From a virus (lineage: Duplodnaviria; Caudoviricetes), in IMG/VR virus record IMGVR_UViG_3300037461_000393, positions 1 through 46,124 of that record: a stretch of DNA of 46,124 bases; one strand, 5' to 3'. Below the pieces are notes generated by a model. It worked only from the letters and a program-made list of their open reading frames with translations. It searched no databases and had not been told where the DNA came from. The translations under genes were made by a program, and so were the position numbers. Every line of letters starts with the position of its first letter. Position 1 is the first letter of the stretch. Below, piece after piece: positions 44,756 to 46,124 of the stretch.

Positions 44756-45085
44756 ATGCCTAAAGTTTGGGTTACACAAGAGACGAATCATGATTTCTTG
44801 CCGGCTGAGAAGTATGGCGAGATCCAGTTCATCACCGCCAAGGATTTCTCCTCCGTGAGGAATTCGTTGAACAACGCCGCGATGCTGGATGAGATCAGGT
44901 TCGTCGTGAACAAGATTGATGCCGACGTCGATCATCTGGTGATCGCCGGTTCACCGTACGTTGCCGCAGTCGTGTTTTACTGGCTGGGGAAACGCGGGGT
45001 ACAGACGTTGAACATGTTGCGCTGGAGCAACCGGGATCTCGTCTACGTGCCCATCACCTTAGACCTGACGGAGAAGAGAGTATGA
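44756..45085 (+). CDS. Conserved hypothetical protein
   Basis: KVWVTQE...DF.PAEKYGEI.F, D.LVIAGSP, LRW....VY.P; AGGAG RBS. Confidence 0.8.
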   Translation: MPKVWVTQETNHDFLPAEKYGEIQFITAKDFSSVRNSLNNAAMLDEIRFVVNKIDADVDHLVIAGSPYVAAVVFYWLGKRGVQTLNMLRWSNRDLVYVPITLDLTEKRV

Positions 45086-45555
45086 GCGACGAACAGACGA
45101 CCAACGGTAGTCCGACCGACGACCGCAAGCAGGAGTTCAGGAACGCCTACGCCGGTCTTTCCCTGCTGGACCTCGTTAGCAAGATGCAGGAAGTCGGCGG
45201 CTTGAAAGAACAGGCGGAGGACAAGCTGAAGAGGATCAACGCGGCATACGACGTGCTGCGGTTGGAACTGATTCCGGCGGCGATGGAGAATCAAGGCATC
45301 GAAAACTTGAAGGTCGCGGGCATCGGCCGCGTCAGCCTTACCGGTGACATGTACGTGAGTACGGTCGCTGATCGCAGACCGGAATTTTTCGAATGGTTGC
45401 GCGACCAGAACCTCGGCGACATCATTCAGGAGACGATCAACTCATCCACGCTCAAGGCATTCGTCAAGAACAGGATCCAAACCGGAGCCCCGGTTCCGGA
45501 AGATTTCGTGAGGGTCGCTCCGTTCACGCGGGCGTCAATCACGAAGGGGCGGTAA
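45082..45555 (+). CDS. Conserved replication-module protein
   Basis: Coiled coil then IP.AM...GI, FFEWLR...GDII, NSSTLKAFVK. Confidence 0.8.
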   Translation: MSDEQTTNGSPTDDRKQEFRNAYAGLSLLDLVSKMQEVGGLKEQAEDKLKRINAAYDVLRLELIPAAMENQGIENLKVAGIGRVSLTGDMYVSTVADRRPEFFEWLRDQNLGDIIQETINSSTLKAFVKNRIQTGAPVPEDFVRVAPFTRASITKGR

Positions 45556-45598
45556 GGCGGCCCTAACTGCCTTTGAACAGCAACTTAGGAGTAAGACC

Positions 45599-46124
45599 AT
45601 GGCAAGGCCACAAGCAGCAAAGCCGAAAAACGAACTCGCGATCCAGAAGAAAGCGCCGATGGTGCTGGTTCAGGATCAGGTCCCCGATTACATCCGGCAG
45701 GACTCGCAGCGCGGGTCCGAAAACGTCGGCACGGAAGACATCGTCATCCCCCGGCTGGAAGTGATTCAGGGACTGTCGCCGGCCGTCAAGCGTGGGGACC
45801 CCAAGTACATTCAGGGTGCGCAGGCCGGCATGCTGACGAACTCGGTCACCCGCCAGCTTTACGGCGACTCCGTGACCGTGGTGCCGCTGTTCTTCACCAA
45901 ACAGTGGCTCGTTTGGCGTGACCAATCGAAGGGCGGCGGGTTCGCCGGGGCATATGACACGCAGCAGGAAGCCGAGGCGCGTGTCACCAAAGAGGGTGGC
46001 GAGAAGGAAGGGTGGGCGGCACTCGACACCCCGCAGCACCTGTGCCTGCTGATCAACCCGGAGACGCACGAAGCCGAGGAGATCATGGTTTCCATGCCGC
46101 GCACCAAGGCCAAGATTTCGCGCC
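45599..46124 (+). CDS. 5' part of putative ssDNA-binding protein (continues at 178-422)
   Basis: AGGAG RBS; G.ENVGTEDIVIPRL.VIQ.LSP; open to the end of the window. Confidence 0.75.
   Translation, partial: MARPQAAKPKNELAIQKKAPMVLVQDQVPDYIRQDSQRGSENVGTEDIVIPRLEVIQGLSPAVKRGDPKYIQGAQAGMLTNSVTRQLYGDSVTVVPLFFTKQWLVWRDQSKGGGFAGAYDTQQEAEARVTKEGGEKEGWAALDTPQHLCLLINPETHEAEEIMVSMPRTKAKISR
45948..46124. repeat. Terminal direct repeat, right copy
   Basis: Matches 1-177 with one mismatch. Confidence 0.95.

Overview
This window looks like a complete lytic podovirus-type phage genome of about 45.9 kb, assembled as a circle: bases 1-177 reappear at 45948-46124 with one synonymous mismatch. Its host is Gram-negative, since it encodes spanins. 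The + strand arm (35112 across the origin to 7430) carries small early genes behind sigma70-like promoters, an HNH nuclease, an AEP primase, an SNF2 helicase, an SSB-like protein and a UvrD-like helicase. It also carries a complete 2-aminoadenine (Z-genome) cluster: DpoZ-type family A polymerase, PurZ, MazZ and DatZ, followed by extra nucleotide-modification-like genes. This replication layout resembles the Vibrio phiVC8/VP2 group. The - strand arm (34212 to 7399) is a BPP-1/epsilon15-style morphogenesis module: terminase, portal, scaffold, capsid, cement, tail tubular A/B, three ejection proteins (one a 3030-aa polyvalent protein), a split tail-fibre set and a holin/spanin/M15 endolysin cassette. 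I found no integrase, reverse transcriptase, tRNA or CRISPR array. The least expected layer is non-coding RNA/DNA structure: a pseudoknotted type II hammerhead ribozyme with a non-canonical GAUAA core (37703-37766), a kissing-loop structured RNA candidate (421-577), a duplicated two-hairpin leader with covariation (35498 and 36109), a shared GGATAG leader motif, and an iteron-like TGTTCCG array between the two arms. All calls come from reading motifs by eye; no searches were run.
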